This document shows, in pieces, positions 47,463-58,143 of a DNA stretch of 64,000 nucleotides. Positions within the stretch are counted from its first letter, which is position 1; every line of letters starts with the position of its first letter. The stretch lies in the IMG/VR virus record IMGVR_UViG_3300010413_000014, positions 1 through 64,000 of that record; one strand, 5' to 3'. Origin of the DNA: a virus. Position numbers and translations under genes: made by a program. A model generated the notes under the pieces. The model ran no database searches and had not been told where the DNA came from. It saw only the letters and a list, made by a program, of their open reading frames with translations.

Positions 47463-49460
47463 TCATTGATTTAAGATGAAGCTCATATCATTCTCTTTAA
47501 CGATCTTCAAGACATCACTCCTTACTTCTTCATCTGTGACATGAGTGATAAGTAGTACTGTAAGATCAAAATCAGCGATTGATTTCATCAAGTTTTTCAA
47601 TCCTAATGAATCAACCCCCTCAAATACTTCATCGATACCTAAGAAATTAAGGCCACCATAAGGATGAGTGAGATCAATCATATACTTATTCGCAAGAATA
47701 GATGCAAATAAGATTCGACCACGCTCTCCTCCAGAGAATGAGTTGAAAGATCGCTCTACACCATTACGAATGATACGCGGAGTAATCTCTTCTTTAATAC
47801 TTCCGTCAGCCTTTTGCTTGAATCCTTCGATCTTAATACGGATGTCGCTTTGCATTCTTTCTAATGAGCTGTTACAATGGTACTCAATCGCTCCAAGTGA
47901 TTTGTTTGCAATATACATCTTGAATCGTTTGAAGTTTTCTTTCCATTGGTTCGCTTTATAGATCTCATCGCTCGCGATTCTCACATTTTCTTCATCACTT
48001 GCGATCTCAAGATCTAATTCCTCAATCTCTTCTTCAAGCTCTTTAATGCGGTCATCGTTAGGTTGGACACTTGGTTTCTTTATTGCTTCTTCATCTTCCT
48101 TGATTCTCGCATTCTTGCGCTCAATTAACCTATCGAGCTCAAGCATATCAGATTCATAGTCCTTAATCTCCTTTTTAATTTCCTCAATACCGTCGAGTAC
48201 AGTTTGTTTAGCTCTTTTTAATTCGCGTTGCTTGATATCTTGATCAGATTCTTTTTTAGAGATAGCTCTGGCTTCAGATTCTAAGGTCTTTAGTATGGTA
48301 TTAAGTGTGTTTTTTTCAGCCTTTTCATTCTTCAGCTGCAATTCATATACGGGAAGAAGATCTTTTGCTTTAGCTAATTTTTCCAATCTTTCCTCTCGAG
48401 ATATATCATCATTCTGAATAAACTCATGCTTGCATTTTGGGCACTCAATCGAACCGGCGAGCTTGTTTGAGTGTGTGCGAATAGCGAGATTGATAGTATC
48501 TATTCCACTTTGAGTCTTTTTGATCTTTTCTTCGATCTTTTCAATCTCTTCTTCTTTGCTTTTTATCGCTTTTAGTGACTCTTTGCGCTCCTTATTAAAG
48601 TCAATCACCTCAAAATTTGCCAGATTTTCCTCTGCAGTCTTGAGGGTTTCTTTTAATTTCAATAAATCCTTTTCACTTTCTCTGATCTCGGCGCGCACTT
48701 CCTCCTTGTCACTTTCAGCTTCCTGAATTGCAGATTGATATTCAGCAATGTTATCTTTGATCTGCTTAATAGCCTTCTCCTGCTCTTCACCAATATTGCG
48801 AGCTCTCTCATAAAGCAGAGTTTTTTCTACATTTTCCTTTGTTGCTTTATGAGAAGTGAGATCCTCTTTATAGGTTTCAAGCTTTGCTTCCCAATCTTTG
48901 ATGTCGATCTCATCAATCTTATCGATGATACTGGCATCTGAAAAGCGATTGATCAACTCAACCTTTTCGCGATTACTTGACTTGAAGAAAGATTTAAACT
49001 TTTCTGCACTAATAAAGTAGTAATTGTAAAGATCTTCCTTAGCAATTGCAAACCAACTGTCGATGAAGCGCTTCTTGTCATCAACATTAGAGACTTCAAC
49101 ATCTTTAAATTCATCAGAATCATAGCTACGAGTCTTAATCTCAAGACCATTGCTGCTTTTTCGTTTTAGAATCCAATGAATCCAAAGTATCTCTTTACGA
49201 ATGTCGCAAGAAGCGAATACTTGAATATGCGCTTCATCGTGATTGAAGTTAATTAGCTCTTTATCTAGAACACCCTTGCTGTTAGATGCAGTGATTGCTC
49301 TCTCAACAGCTGTTAATATTCCAGATTTTCCAACTCCATTGGTCTTCTGATCATCATCTGTTCGATTCTCACCCTGTATTTGAAGCGGTTTACGAACAAA
49401 AGTATAATCAAGATCAATGAAGGTCATAAAATTCTTCAAGATTACTCGATCAATTCTCAT
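47463..49460 (-). CDS. SbcC/Rad50-like ATPase
   Basis: NGVGKS, central coiled coil with CPKC hook, FSGGE signature, IDEVF, ITH. Confidence 0.92.
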   Translation of the reverse strand: MRIDRVILKNFMTFIDLDYTFVRKPLQIQGENRTDDDQKTNGVGKSGILTAVERAITASNSKGVLDKELINFNHDEAHIQVFASCDIRKEILWIHWILKRKSSNGLEIKTRSYDSDEFKDVEVSNVDDKKRFIDSWFAIAKEDLYNYYFISAEKFKSFFKSSNREKVELINRFSDASIIDKIDEIDIKDWEAKLETYKEDLTSHKATKENVEKTLLYERARNIGEEQEKAIKQIKDNIAEYQSAIQEAESDKEEVRAEIRESEKDLLKLKETLKTAEENLANFEVIDFNKERKESLKAIKSKEEEIEKIEEKIKKTQSGIDTINLAIRTHSNKLAGSIECPKCKHEFIQNDDISREERLEKLAKAKDLLPVYELQLKNEKAEKNTLNTILKTLESEARAISKKESDQDIKQRELKRAKQTVLDGIEEIKKEIKDYESDMLELDRLIERKNARIKEDEEAIKKPSVQPNDDRIKELEEEIEELDLEIASDEENVRIASDEIYKANQWKENFKRFKMYIANKSLGAIEYHCNSSLERMQSDIRIKIEGFKQKADGSIKEEITPRIIRNGVERSFNSFSGGERGRILFASILANKYMIDLTHPYGGLNFLGIDEVFEGVDSLGLKNLMKSIADFDLTVLLITHVTDEEVRSDVLKIVKENDMSFILNQ

Positions 49461-49815
49461 ATCATATATGCTTGTTTATATAAAATTTCAACAGTATCAT
49501 AAGCCTCCTGCATCAAAGCTGAGTTAGGGGCTTTGGGATTGGTTTTTCTAAGACCATTATAGATCCGCATAACTTGTCTTCTCCATAGATCTTTCATAGG
49601 TTTGGTTTTTGATGATTATATAATATCTTTGATATTGATAATCGGCTTCATACCATTGATTCCTCCGAAAGCAACTCTATCCTTAATAGAAGGTTTTATC
49701 TGTATTTGATCGTCATCGATACTTAGGATAATTCCAGAGTGAATGTTTCCTGAAAATCTGAATCTAACCTTGATGCCTTTTTTAAGAGTTTTCATAACTT
49801 TGTGTTTTTAATGAT

Positions 49816-49849
49816 CTAAAGATACGGCTAAAACCTCATTCAGTGCAAC
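49816..49849 (-). promoter_or_regulatory. Host-type promoter
   Basis: GTTG-N21-TATCTTTAG. Confidence 0.7.
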
Positions 49850-49912
49850 TATTTATAAAGAAAAATCCCAATTAAATTAATAATTGGGATTCCTCAGCTA
49901 TATTAAGCGATA

Positions 49913-50890
49913 TTATTTCTTGGATACTTTCTCCACTTTTGCTTTGATCTCTTCAACAAGCTCCGGATTATCCTCTAAAAGCACCCTTAGCTTCGCTGCA
50001 CCTTGAGCAAGATTCTCTCCTTCATATGCGATCCAGGATCCCTTCTTTTGAAAAACTCCAAGTTGTACAGCCACTTCAAATAACACCCCAAGCTCATCAA
50101 TCCCTTTACCATAAACAATATCGTTATCGATGGTTTTAAAAGGAACTCCGATCTTATTTTTAACGATCTTAACATGCTGCTTGAAACCGATCACCTGTTC
50201 ACCTTCACGGATCCACCCCTTACTCTTTATCTCTGCTCTTTGTGAAGCATAGAATTTAAGAGCCTTTCCTCCGGAGGTTATTTTTGTTGGTACGTGAGCG
50301 TTGATTACTTCGCGCAACTGGTTAATGAAGATTACTGTGCATTTATTGTCATTAGCGGGACCAGCAATCAACTTCATTCCTTTTGACATCATGCGAGCTT
50401 GCATAGCCATCTTGGTTTCACCAATCTCACCTTCAAGCTCTGCAAGAGGTACCATAGCTGAGACTGAATCTACGACAATCAGATTCACTTCACCGGTATT
50501 AATCAGAGCTCTGATTGTTTCAAATGCTTGTTCGCCATCTGATGGTTGAGAAATGTACAATTCATCAATATCAACACCTATCTGCTCCGCATACTCTGTA
50601 TTTAAAGCATGTTCTGCATCAATGATCGCTGCAGTTCCTCCTGCTTTTTGAATTGATGCAATTGCTTCCAATGCAAGACCAGTCTTTCCGCAACCAGATT
50701 CAGCATAAAGTTCGATAATCTTACCGACACCCCAACCTCCACCGAGAGCTTCATCCAGGTCCAATCTACCAGAACTGAATGTTTCAGCATTCGTGTGAGC
50801 GTCGCTCATCTTCATTACAACTGGTTCTTTGTAACGTTTTTCTAATGCAGCCATAGCTGCTTCAATTGCTTTGTTTGTTTTCTTTGCCAT
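49913..50890 (-). CDS. recA: RecA recombinase
   Basis: ESGCGKT, IDAEHAL, SQPSDGEQA, VVDSV, QARMMS, FINQLRE, GGKALKFYAS. Confidence 0.96.
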   Translation of the reverse strand: MAKKTNKAIEAAMAALEKRYKEPVVMKMSDAHTNAETFSSGRLDLDEALGGGWGVGKIIELYAESGCGKTGLALEAIASIQKAGGTAAIIDAEHALNTEYAEQIGVDIDELYISQPSDGEQAFETIRALINTGEVNLIVVDSVSAMVPLAELEGEIGETKMAMQARMMSKGMKLIAGPANDNKCTVIFINQLREVINAHVPTKITSGGKALKFYASQRAEIKSKGWIREGEQVIGFKQHVKIVKNKIGVPFKTIDNDIVYGKGIDELGVLFEVAVQLGVFQKKGSWIAYEGENLAQGAAKLRVLLEDNPELVEEIKAKVEKVSKK

Positions 50891-50891
50891 C

Positions 50892-51998
50892 TTACTTCTT
50901 CTTTAAAAAATCGTTCAAATATTGCAATCCTTGCTCATAATTCAGATCCTTCTCCTTACAATAAGCTTTGAAATCTTCTCGAATGGTCGCTTCAGTGTGC
51001 TCCTTTATGACGATGGGCGCAACTTGATATCCTTCAACTGTTGATGAGGAGGCTTGTTCGAATACTTTATCGTATTTTACCTTCACATCAATACCGGCTT
51101 CAGTAAACATCTTCTTTGAAACTGCTTTCAATTTATCTTCACTACCAGTTAATTCAAAGCGTACTGCATTATCGGAATCTCGATACTTCTCAACTTCCTT
51201 TTTGAGATCCTTGTTTGAAATTTCATCCAGATCAATAGTCACTTTTTCAAACTCACGAAACTTACCTCTAACAATCTCATAAGACAAATCATCATAAAGT
51301 ACTGTAAATCCTTTATTAGCATCCTCTCCAAAGCCATTTTGTCTTAAAGATGGAAGATGAATGATATCTTCAGTTACTTCATGAGTGTTGTGGAAGTGTC
51401 CAAGGTAAACCTTTTTGAATTTCTTTAACATCTTTCGGTCAATAGTTCTTCCCTCACTCACTTTTCCTAAGTAGATCGAACCATTCAATTCGAAGTGACC
51501 AATCAATAGATCTGCAGGAGCAGCTTCTTCGAGCATTTGAGCTTGAATCTTATCCTCAAAGAAAGGCATCATAAGAATATCAATACCTTTCAAGTGACCA
51601 TAAGTCGGTTTCTTAAAATATCTCATTGCTGGATGTCCATCAAAAACCTCAACGAATGACTCTTCTGCTTCATATACCGGTTTGTCGTGATTACCTGGAA
51701 TAAACCAGTACTCCATATCACTTCCCCAAAGCTTATCTAAGATTCGCTTGAAGGTTAACAAGGTCTTCAAGCGTTGCTGGCTTCTTGAGTGAAAGAAATC
51801 ACCCGCACCAATCAAAATCTTAATATCATGCTTCTTTGCGAAGTTGATCATATGATCAATTGACTCGAGCACTTGATCCTCATTTCCACTTTTCAAATGC
51901 CAATCATTACTAACGATAGCGATTGGAGATCTATTTATAGCTGATTTCATGTCCAGACCAGAATTTTCGATAGTTTTGTAACTTATTGCATTGATCAA
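50892..51998 (-). CDS. SbcD/Mre11-like nuclease
   Basis: DWH, GDFFH, GNHD, GHFH. Confidence 0.9.
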   Translation of the reverse strand: MINAISYKTIENSGLDMKSAINRSPIAIVSNDWHLKSGNEDQVLESIDHMINFAKKHDIKILIGAGDFFHSRSQQRLKTLLTFKRILDKLWGSDMEYWFIPGNHDKPVYEAEESFVEVFDGHPAMRYFKKPTYGHLKGIDILMMPFFEDKIQAQMLEEAAPADLLIGHFELNGSIYLGKVSEGRTIDRKMLKKFKKVYLGHFHNTHEVTEDIIHLPSLRQNGFGEDANKGFTVLYDDLSYEIVRGKFREFEKVTIDLDEISNKDLKKEVEKYRDSDNAVRFELTGSEDKLKAVSKKMFTEAGIDVKVKYDKVFEQASSSTVEGYQVAPIVIKEHTEATIREDFKAYCKEKDLNYEQGLQYLNDFLKKK

Positions 51999-52218
51999 CG
52001 CTCACATGTACATATTCGTCTGCCTGAAATTTCCTAGCAAGTGTTCGAATACTGTTCACATACTTAGCGATGATAGCGCGATCGCCGACCAACATCAAAT
52101 AACATTTACGTTGTTTGAATCCAGGTTGATGTTGCTGAGAGCGATTGTCAAACTCAGTGATGTAGCGAGCCCTTCTGATAATAGATCTCGCTTTCTCAAT
52201 TTTTTGATCCTTTTCCAT
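51931..52218 (-). CDS. Hypothetical protein
   Basis: ORF track. Confidence 0.55.
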   Translation of the reverse strand: MEKDQKIEKARSIIRRARYITEFDNRSQQHQPGFKQRKCYLMLVGDRAIIAKYVNSIRTLARKFQADEYVHVSVDQCNKLQNYRKFWSGHEISYK

Positions 52219-52471
52219 GATACCACTTTTTGGGTTTATATTTCAATTGGATAATGGCAGTTTTGAGGATTGCTTCAGGAAAGAAGATTTTATCACTCTT
52301 TCTCTTTATCGAGAGATGTCTCAGCTCATCATTAGCCGCTCTTTCGATCCATTCTAACGTTGAATCAAGTTGATCTTGATTGTAGATCTGTTTCGATCCT
52401 TTGAAGGTCCCGTAATCAGTTTGAATTACGAATCTTGATACGTACAATTTTTCTTTACTCATCTTGAACAA
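52196..52471 (-). CDS. Hypothetical protein
   Basis: ORF track. Confidence 0.55.
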   Translation of the reverse strand: MFKMSKEKLYVSRFVIQTDYGTFKGSKQIYNQDQLDSTLEWIERAANDELRHLSIKRKSDKIFFPEAILKTAIIQLKYKPKKWYHGKGSKN

Positions 52472-52589
52472 TTAAATAATGAATACCATTCTTAGTTTTC
52501 TTGACCTCTCCGACGATATGATTAATATCCATCTTTAGATCATGATACATGTATTGCAAGGTCACTTGCATAAAAATCTTTTTCATAGT

Positions 52590-52790
52590 CTATTTGATTT
52601 GTTTATAGATCACTTGTTTTGCAGAATCAACAATTCTCATCGATTCGACAGTATTATCTAATAAACTTTCCGCCATCTCTTCACATTCCTTAAGATTGCT
52701 GAGCGGTTCATTTATATCCCAAGCCTTCATGAAGGATGGATCGCCATTATCTTTAAATCTGATTTGAAGCCACCATCTAAATTGTTTCAT
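52590..52790 (-). CDS. Hypothetical protein
   Basis: ORF track. Confidence 0.55.
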   Translation of the reverse strand: MKQFRWWLQIRFKDNGDPSFMKAWDINEPLSNLKECEEMAESLLDNTVESMRIVDSAKQVIYKQIK

Positions 52791-52793
52791 AGT

Positions 52794-52994
52794 CTATTTT
52801 ATAAAATGATACTGTCTTACTCTTGCTCCTGCTGAATTAGTCAACTTCAAAGATATACATCCCATGCTGCGACCAATATTGCGATACTGTTCATAGAGGT
52901 TCATCGCGTTTTGAATTCCTTCCAACTCAATCGTTTCGATTGAACAGTCGCAATGTGTGATAAATAGTCTGAATGATTCATTTTCGCCTCTCAT
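52794..52994 (-). CDS. Hypothetical protein
   Basis: First gene behind the promoter at 53022. Confidence 0.55.
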   Translation of the reverse strand: MRGENESFRLFITHCDCSIETIELEGIQNAMNLYEQYRNIGRSMGCISLKLTNSAGARVRQYHFIK

Positions 52995-53021
52995 GATACT
53001 GTGTTTTTATTTGTTTGTGAT

Positions 53022-53054
53022 CTAAAGATACAGCTTTGACTAATTCGAGGCAAC
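53022..53054 (-). promoter_or_regulatory. Host-type promoter
   Basis: GTTG-N20-TATCTTTAG. Confidence 0.75.
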
Positions 53055-53111
53055 AAAAAGAGGAAAAATCTTTTCAGAAATTTCCTCTTTTCATCATTCT
53101 TTTAAAAACGA

Positions 53112-53990
53112 CTACAATAGATTGTCCAATTGACTTTCAAGATCACCTGAAGATACCTCAGCGTCACCTAAATCTGATTCCTCAGATTCTTCGGGAAATG
53201 GAAGCTCTTCCATCTGGCGAACCAAATCATACCACTCAAGCACCTGCTCTTTGTTAAGCTTCGGCATCTCTTTATCCGGGTAATTTTCTTTGATGTAGGC
53301 CTGGATCTCCTTTTTCATTTTCAATGGAGTGATCTGAGTAGCTTCCTTCTCTTTTGGAGCTTCAGTTTTTGTCGGCTTTTGAGCTTTGGTTGAAGCTGGA
53401 GGTGTATCACTCTCTTCTTTTTTAAATTGAGAGCAAATCTCATTCTTCACACGCTTCGCCAGGTGTTCCGCAATATCTTCAAAATATCGCTTCATCTCCT
53501 TTTTGCTCGCAGTACCGAACCAAGCAACCTCTTTGTTCAATTCACTCGGAAACTCAACTTCTCTCAGATCAATCTTTTTACCATCCTGACGACACGAAAG
53601 ACCAGCTTTTCGCTTTTTGGATTTATCGATGAAGTCGTACGGCTTTATGAAGAGTGGTTTGGAGAGATCTGCGAGCAATAGAGCTCTCATCAAATCAGTT
53701 GCATTCCGGTTCTCAACTGAGATTGATATGATATCGCGATCACCTTCATCTTCAATCGTCACATTAATGCTTTCACCATACTCATCATGAGTTCTGAATT
53801 GAACATCAACAACCATCCCCATTAAATCTGCGTAACGGGCACCTTTTCTTACTGCAGTACTCTTATCTGCTTTAGTGTACTCTTGTTCTGCATAATCTGG
53901 ATCAGATTCATCTGCTTTACGATTCCAGAAGAAACCACCAGCTACACCCAAGAATGTACCATTGTTGTCATTAACACTACCTTTTGCCAT
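53112..53990 (-). CDS. Single-stranded DNA-binding protein, putative
   Basis: Beta-rich N-terminus and very acidic C-terminal tail (EESEESDLGD...LDNLL); replication context. Confidence 0.5.
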   Translation of the reverse strand: MAKGSVNDNNGTFLGVAGGFFWNRKADESDPDYAEQEYTKADKSTAVRKGARYADLMGMVVDVQFRTHDEYGESINVTIEDEGDRDIISISVENRNATDLMRALLLADLSKPLFIKPYDFIDKSKKRKAGLSCRQDGKKIDLREVEFPSELNKEVAWFGTASKKEMKRYFEDIAEHLAKRVKNEICSQFKKEESDTPPASTKAQKPTKTEAPKEKEATQITPLKMKKEIQAYIKENYPDKEMPKLNKEQVLEWYDLVRQMEELPFPEESEESDLGDAEVSSGDLESQLDNLL

Positions 53991-54033
53991 AATATAATTT
54001 TAATTGATTATTGATTGGAAAATTACGCTTATT

Positions 54034-54315
54034 TTATCGTGCAAGCAACACCTCTCGCAATTCTTTCAAAGTATTCGCTGAAACCTCTTGATATCTCTCA
54101 AGGAATCCATCCAAATCTTGAACACTCTCATTGTCCGAAAGTCTCTTTTCAATGATGCGCTGCACACATCTCTCTAAAGAAACCCCATAAGCAATAGATC
54201 TTTCAAGTATCTTACCCTTCATCTTCTCTCCTTGCATTACAGTTGTCGAGAAGAGATTGAATTGACCTGACTGTTCACACACTTTAATAATAAATCCGTT
54301 TAGCTTGATCGTCAT
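54034..54315 (-). CDS. Hypothetical protein
   Basis: ORF track. Confidence 0.6.
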   Translation of the reverse strand: MTIKLNGFIIKVCEQSGQFNLFSTTVMQGEKMKGKILERSIAYGVSLERCVQRIIEKRLSDNESVQDLDGFLERYQEVSANTLKELREVLLAR

Positions 54316-54878
54316 TACTTCTTGATTAAGATTCCGTTTATTTTTCCTTCAATTAACTCCGCCACAAATTCCTCAGGAGTAACTCCACTGGTCAGTCCAT
54401 TCAACTTTCGACACTTATCTTGAGTTGACCAGTGCAATGATGTCAATGCTCCAACATTCCGCTCAGCTTTGATTGTAGCTTTCTTTAATTTAATCCATTC
54501 GGGATCTGCTTCAAAGCAGGTTTCTAATGCTTTTTCAGAGGACTTAACCTTAACCTCCTCACCACCTACCTTTATGATGTAGCATCCGTTATTGGCTGGG
54601 TTAGCTGCCTCTTTTCGACGATCAGCTCTAAATTCAGCTTCGTAGATTTTCAGCTCTAATTTAGCGTCGGCAAGGATCTTTTCAACCTCAGCCTTCAATA
54701 ACCCTATTCGATTTGCAGATGCAGATGCTGTGACAGCCTCTCCAAAAAGATTAGAGGTATTAATGGTTGTCAACTCGTCAACATTGATTGTTGAATCGAT
54801 ATTGTCATGCTCGAGAGCTATCGGCTGATCGCCGATGTGAATTGTGTATTTCATACGTTTAGTGATTATATATTCCAA
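54315..54878 (-). CDS. UvsY-like recombination mediator, putative
   Basis: All-helical protein of UvsY-like layout near the putative SSB and RecA. Confidence 0.4.
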   Translation of the reverse strand: MEYIITKRMKYTIHIGDQPIALEHDNIDSTINVDELTTINTSNLFGEAVTASASANRIGLLKAEVEKILADAKLELKIYEAEFRADRRKEAANPANNGCYIIKVGGEEVKVKSSEKALETCFEADPEWIKLKKATIKAERNVGALTSLHWSTQDKCRKLNGLTSGVTPEEFVAELIEGKINGILIKK

Positions 54879-55072
54879 ATTTTATTCTTAGACATAATCC
54901 AACCAGATCTCAAATAATATAGAGTAGATCCATCTTCAGAAATATAATGTTCTGATCCTTTCTCTGATATAAAGCGAGTAGCATAAGGTTGCTTCATATA
55001 AATTTCTTTAGCAAGTTTTGCGGAGATTTTCTTTCCTACAAATGATCCGTTTTTAGTCTCTATCGTTTTCAT
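54866..55072 (-). CDS. Hypothetical protein
   Basis: MKT start behind a promoter cassette. Confidence 0.6.
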   Translation of the reverse strand: MKTIETKNGSFVGKKISAKLAKEIYMKQPYATRFISEKGSEHYISEDGSTLYYLRSGWIMSKNKIWNI

Positions 55073-55095
55073 ATCCTTGTGTTTTTAATTATGAT

Positions 55096-55128
55096 CTAAA
55101 GATACGGCCAAAGTACATATGATGCAAC
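55096..55128 (-). promoter_or_regulatory. Host-type promoter
   Basis: GTTG-N20-TATCTTTAG. Confidence 0.75.
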
Positions 55129-55278
55129 AGTTAGATAAAAATATATGTGACAATTGCTAAAGAAATCACTCCAAGTATCGATATAACTCCAATTAATACA
55201 AGGAATAGTGATTGAGGATATATGCGATCAGGTATAATTTCATGTGTTATACTTTTCTTTATACCTGATCACATATAA

Positions 55279-56337
55279 TTACTTCGTATCTCTCCATGAT
55301 TCAAAGTACACACTGCGCGGAAAATCTTTCACTGGAGGCATCCCCTTATAGCGAAAGTGGCGCCCAATATACTTCTCCTTATTCTGCAGCAGCTCTCGTT
55401 TGGCTTCATTGTCGAATCCACTCAAACCAACCGGAAAAGTACCAACCTCTTCATATTGTACCAGGAATCCTTTTGCTAATCCAGATGGAATTCGATCTGC
55501 CTTCTTTTTCGAGGTTACCGATCGACCAAGTTCATTGGTAGTGCGCTCTACATCATCCTTCACCATATCACCTTCCAATACATCAAGAATCACACCATCA
55601 TACTCAATTGAGTCATCTTTCATTTTTAGTATGGTTCCTACATTATTCGAATTGCGACCAAACTTGTACTGATGGTCTTTATGAACGAGTACAAGACCTT
55701 CATAACCAAGCTCCAAAGCATACTCATAAAGATCCATTAACTCCTGTCGATTCTTAACGTGATGGATTTGCGGAAAGGTAATAAAGCGCTTCAAATCTTC
55801 ATCAGCTTGAGAGATACGTCGCATTATTTCAAAGATACGATCCTCGAAGCGAACCATATCAGGACGATCTAATATCAATCCGTCAAACAACCAAAATTTC
55901 AAATCTTCGTGAAATGTTGTGAGCCATTCTACTGAGCGTCCTGGAAAGAGGTCACTTCCTTTTGCTTTAGCTTTTGTCCATTTTACGACTTCTTTATCGA
56001 TTGTTACATCTTCACACTTCCAGAAGCGCATGATCTCATTGAACTTCATTTCGTGTGAGTAAAATTCTCCGTCGGCTGTGATATTCAATTGAGCACATAG
56101 GTCAGTGAGAGGTTGGAATCGATCGATGATCAATTTGCTCTGTGGTAGCTTCAAAGATCTTCCTAAAACTTGTTGCTTTAGCAATTGTAAGCGAGCACCA
56201 TCCTTCTTAAAGAAGATCATATAATTTTCGATCCCATTAGCTACTGCAATATCAGCAGCAGCTTCAGCAGAATTCTCCGTCACCTTCTTATCGAAGTTAT
56301 CGATGAGATCCGGTTTGAATTTTGTTAAATCAATCAT
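55279..56337 (-). CDS. ATP-dependent DNA ligase
   Basis: KKDGAR (KxDG), DGEFY, FWLFD, YEGLV, YKFGR, LKMK, PR..YF..WRD. Confidence 0.9.
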   Translation of the reverse strand: MIDLTKFKPDLIDNFDKKVTENSAEAAADIAVANGIENYMIFFKKDGARLQLLKQQVLGRSLKLPQSKLIIDRFQPLTDLCAQLNITADGEFYSHEMKFNEIMRFWKCEDVTIDKEVVKWTKAKAKGSDLFPGRSVEWLTTFHEDLKFWLFDGLILDRPDMVRFEDRIFEIMRRISQADEDLKRFITFPQIHHVKNRQELMDLYEYALELGYEGLVLVHKDHQYKFGRNSNNVGTILKMKDDSIEYDGVILDVLEGDMVKDDVERTTNELGRSVTSKKKADRIPSGLAKGFLVQYEEVGTFPVGLSGFDNEAKRELLQNKEKYIGRHFRYKGMPPVKDFPRSVYFESWRDTK

Positions 56338-56353
56338 TCTAGTTTATTTAAGA

Positions 56354-56590
56354 TTATCTAATGTATTTTAAGCCAGCTTTCATCAAACGACCCATATCAG
56401 CCAAACATACAACCCAAACATAACCATCATCTCCTTTGATCATTGCTCTACATCTTTGACGATTCATATAGTCACGAGCACTTTCTTCTCTCGAGAAACG
56501 AGTTGGAGTTCTTTTCAAACCATACTGTTCTTTGATTTGATATTCTCTTGACATTTCTGATTTGATCTGTTGTGCTGTTATCGTTTTCAT
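56354..56590 (-). CDS. Hypothetical protein
   Basis: MKT start behind a promoter cassette. Confidence 0.6.
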   Translation of the reverse strand: MKTITAQQIKSEMSREYQIKEQYGLKRTPTRFSREESARDYMNRQRCRAMIKGDDGYVWVVCLADMGRLMKAGLKYIR

Positions 56591-56622
56591 AACTTTGTGT
56601 TTTTATCTGTTATTATTATACC

Positions 56623-56655
56623 CTAAAGATACGATCAAAAGTGGTACCAAGCAAC
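56623..56655 (-). promoter_or_regulatory. Host-type promoter
   Basis: GTTG-N20-TATCTTTAG. Confidence 0.75.
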
Positions 56656-56697
56656 AGCTGATCGATAAAAGTCACTTTTATATCAAAAAATTTAATC

Positions 56698-57441
56698 TTA
56701 TTTCTTTAAGTTTTTAAGTGCGTTATACGCTGGCTGCAAATCTTCTTCAGTATGAATCGCTCCTCCAGTATTCATACCTAGATACCACCTAATAACATCC
56801 TTTGGATCTTCGAGATCGTTCACATTAAAATAAATATCCAGGTTTTCGCGATCACTCCAAGTTAGATCTGAATAGTTTGCTGCAGCAAACACCTCAAACT
56901 CACCCTTCATGAAGGAGATGATGGCATTTAGTCGTTGCTTCCCATCAACTAAAACCATTGGCTCATCAGCGTTACCTTTTCCCCAACCAGGAGCATTAAA
57001 ATAAATCTCACGACCAGTAGTTCCACCTGATAATAAGAATTCGATATAAGCAATCTTTTGCATATCACTCCAAATATACCCTCTTTGAAAATCAGGGTCC
57101 ATATTAAGATTCCATTGTTCCTTATATCTATCTAAATTAGAGATAATCCTTCGATGCTCTATGATGACTCGATAATAACTTTGTCGTTGAACGAAAGCAA
57201 AATCTTGCACTCTGAAGATTGGTGTACGCTCATCTATTTCAAGAAAGACATTTTTCGTCTCAAAGTAGTTGATAATTGTATCCACATACTTATCTAAAAC
57301 CGAAATCTCAATCGGATTACTATATTGATGCCAAGTGAATCCGATCTCTTTCTTAAATTTCAGAGCTCGTCTATCGATTTGCTCTTGTATTTTAGGAGCT
57401 GATTCGGTATTAAAGATTAATCTCGTTGCTTTTGTTTTCAT
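56698..57441 (-). CDS. DUF262 (ParB/Srx-like, GmrS-type) domain protein
   Basis: PDFQRGYIW, IEFLLSG, LVDGKQRL, MNTGG. Confidence 0.85.
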   Translation of the reverse strand: MKTKATRLIFNTESAPKIQEQIDRRALKFKKEIGFTWHQYSNPIEISVLDKYVDTIINYFETKNVFLEIDERTPIFRVQDFAFVQRQSYYRVIIEHRRIISNLDRYKEQWNLNMDPDFQRGYIWSDMQKIAYIEFLLSGGTTGREIYFNAPGWGKGNADEPMVLVDGKQRLNAIISFMKGEFEVFAAANYSDLTWSDRENLDIYFNVNDLEDPKDVIRWYLGMNTGGAIHTEEDLQPAYNALKNLKK

Positions 57442-57464
57442 AACTTTGTGTTTGAAATTATGTT

Positions 57465-57497
57465 CTAAAGATAGCTCTAATTAAAGCATAAGACAAC
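57465..57497 (-). promoter_or_regulatory. Host-type promoter
   Basis: GTTG-N20-TATCTTTAG. Confidence 0.75.
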
Positions 57498-57587
57498 ATC
57501 TAGTAAAAGAAAAGAGCAGAAATCCAAAAATTTCTGCTCTTCTAAAAATTAACCGGGAATAATTTATTTTGCTGATTCTTCAGCAGG

Positions 57588-58106
57588 CTACTCATCTGCC
57601 TTCTCCTGATTAAGAGATTCGGGAAGATACCTCTTCATTACAGTTTGAACTTGGGAATAATAAACCTTCATCTCTTTTTGGATTTCACCAGGCTTTTGAC
57701 CTTTTTTCAGGCGCTCAAGGATTTCAGCGGATTTGGACCCCTCACGCGGAACATCTTGAGCCACTCGAACCTTTTCTTTTGGTGATTGAGGTTCTTTAGA
57801 TATCTTCTTTTCTTTGGGTACCTTGGGCTCTTTTTCTTTCTTGGGTTGCTTAGGTGTCTTTTCAAACTTCTCTTTCTTATTGGAAGGGATCTCGGTACTT
57901 CCAAGCTTCTCAAGTAATTCGTGAATCTGGTCACCAATCTCTGATATTCGCTCATCAGCTTGCTCCTGCGTTGCTTGCAATTCTTCACCTTCGTGAGACT
58001 CTGAGTATTCAGCTATCTCTTTTTCAATGATACTCATCTCTGCCTGGAGATCTTTAATTTGGGTTTTAATTTTAGCCTTGGCTGCTACACTTAACATAAT
58101 AATCAA
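57588..58106 (-). CDS. Coiled-coil protein with C-terminal HTH (paralogous to 41544-42125)
   Basis: GSKSAEILERLKKGQKPGEIQKEMKVYYSQVQTV. Confidence 0.7.
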   Translation of the reverse strand: MIIMLSVAAKAKIKTQIKDLQAEMSIIEKEIAEYSESHEGEELQATQEQADERISEIGDQIHELLEKLGSTEIPSNKKEKFEKTPKQPKKEKEPKVPKEKKISKEPQSPKEKVRVAQDVPREGSKSAEILERLKKGQKPGEIQKEMKVYYSQVQTVMKRYLPESLNQEKADE

Positions 58107-58143
58107 TTTTAAATGAATACTATTTTATTAATATTTCAGAGCT

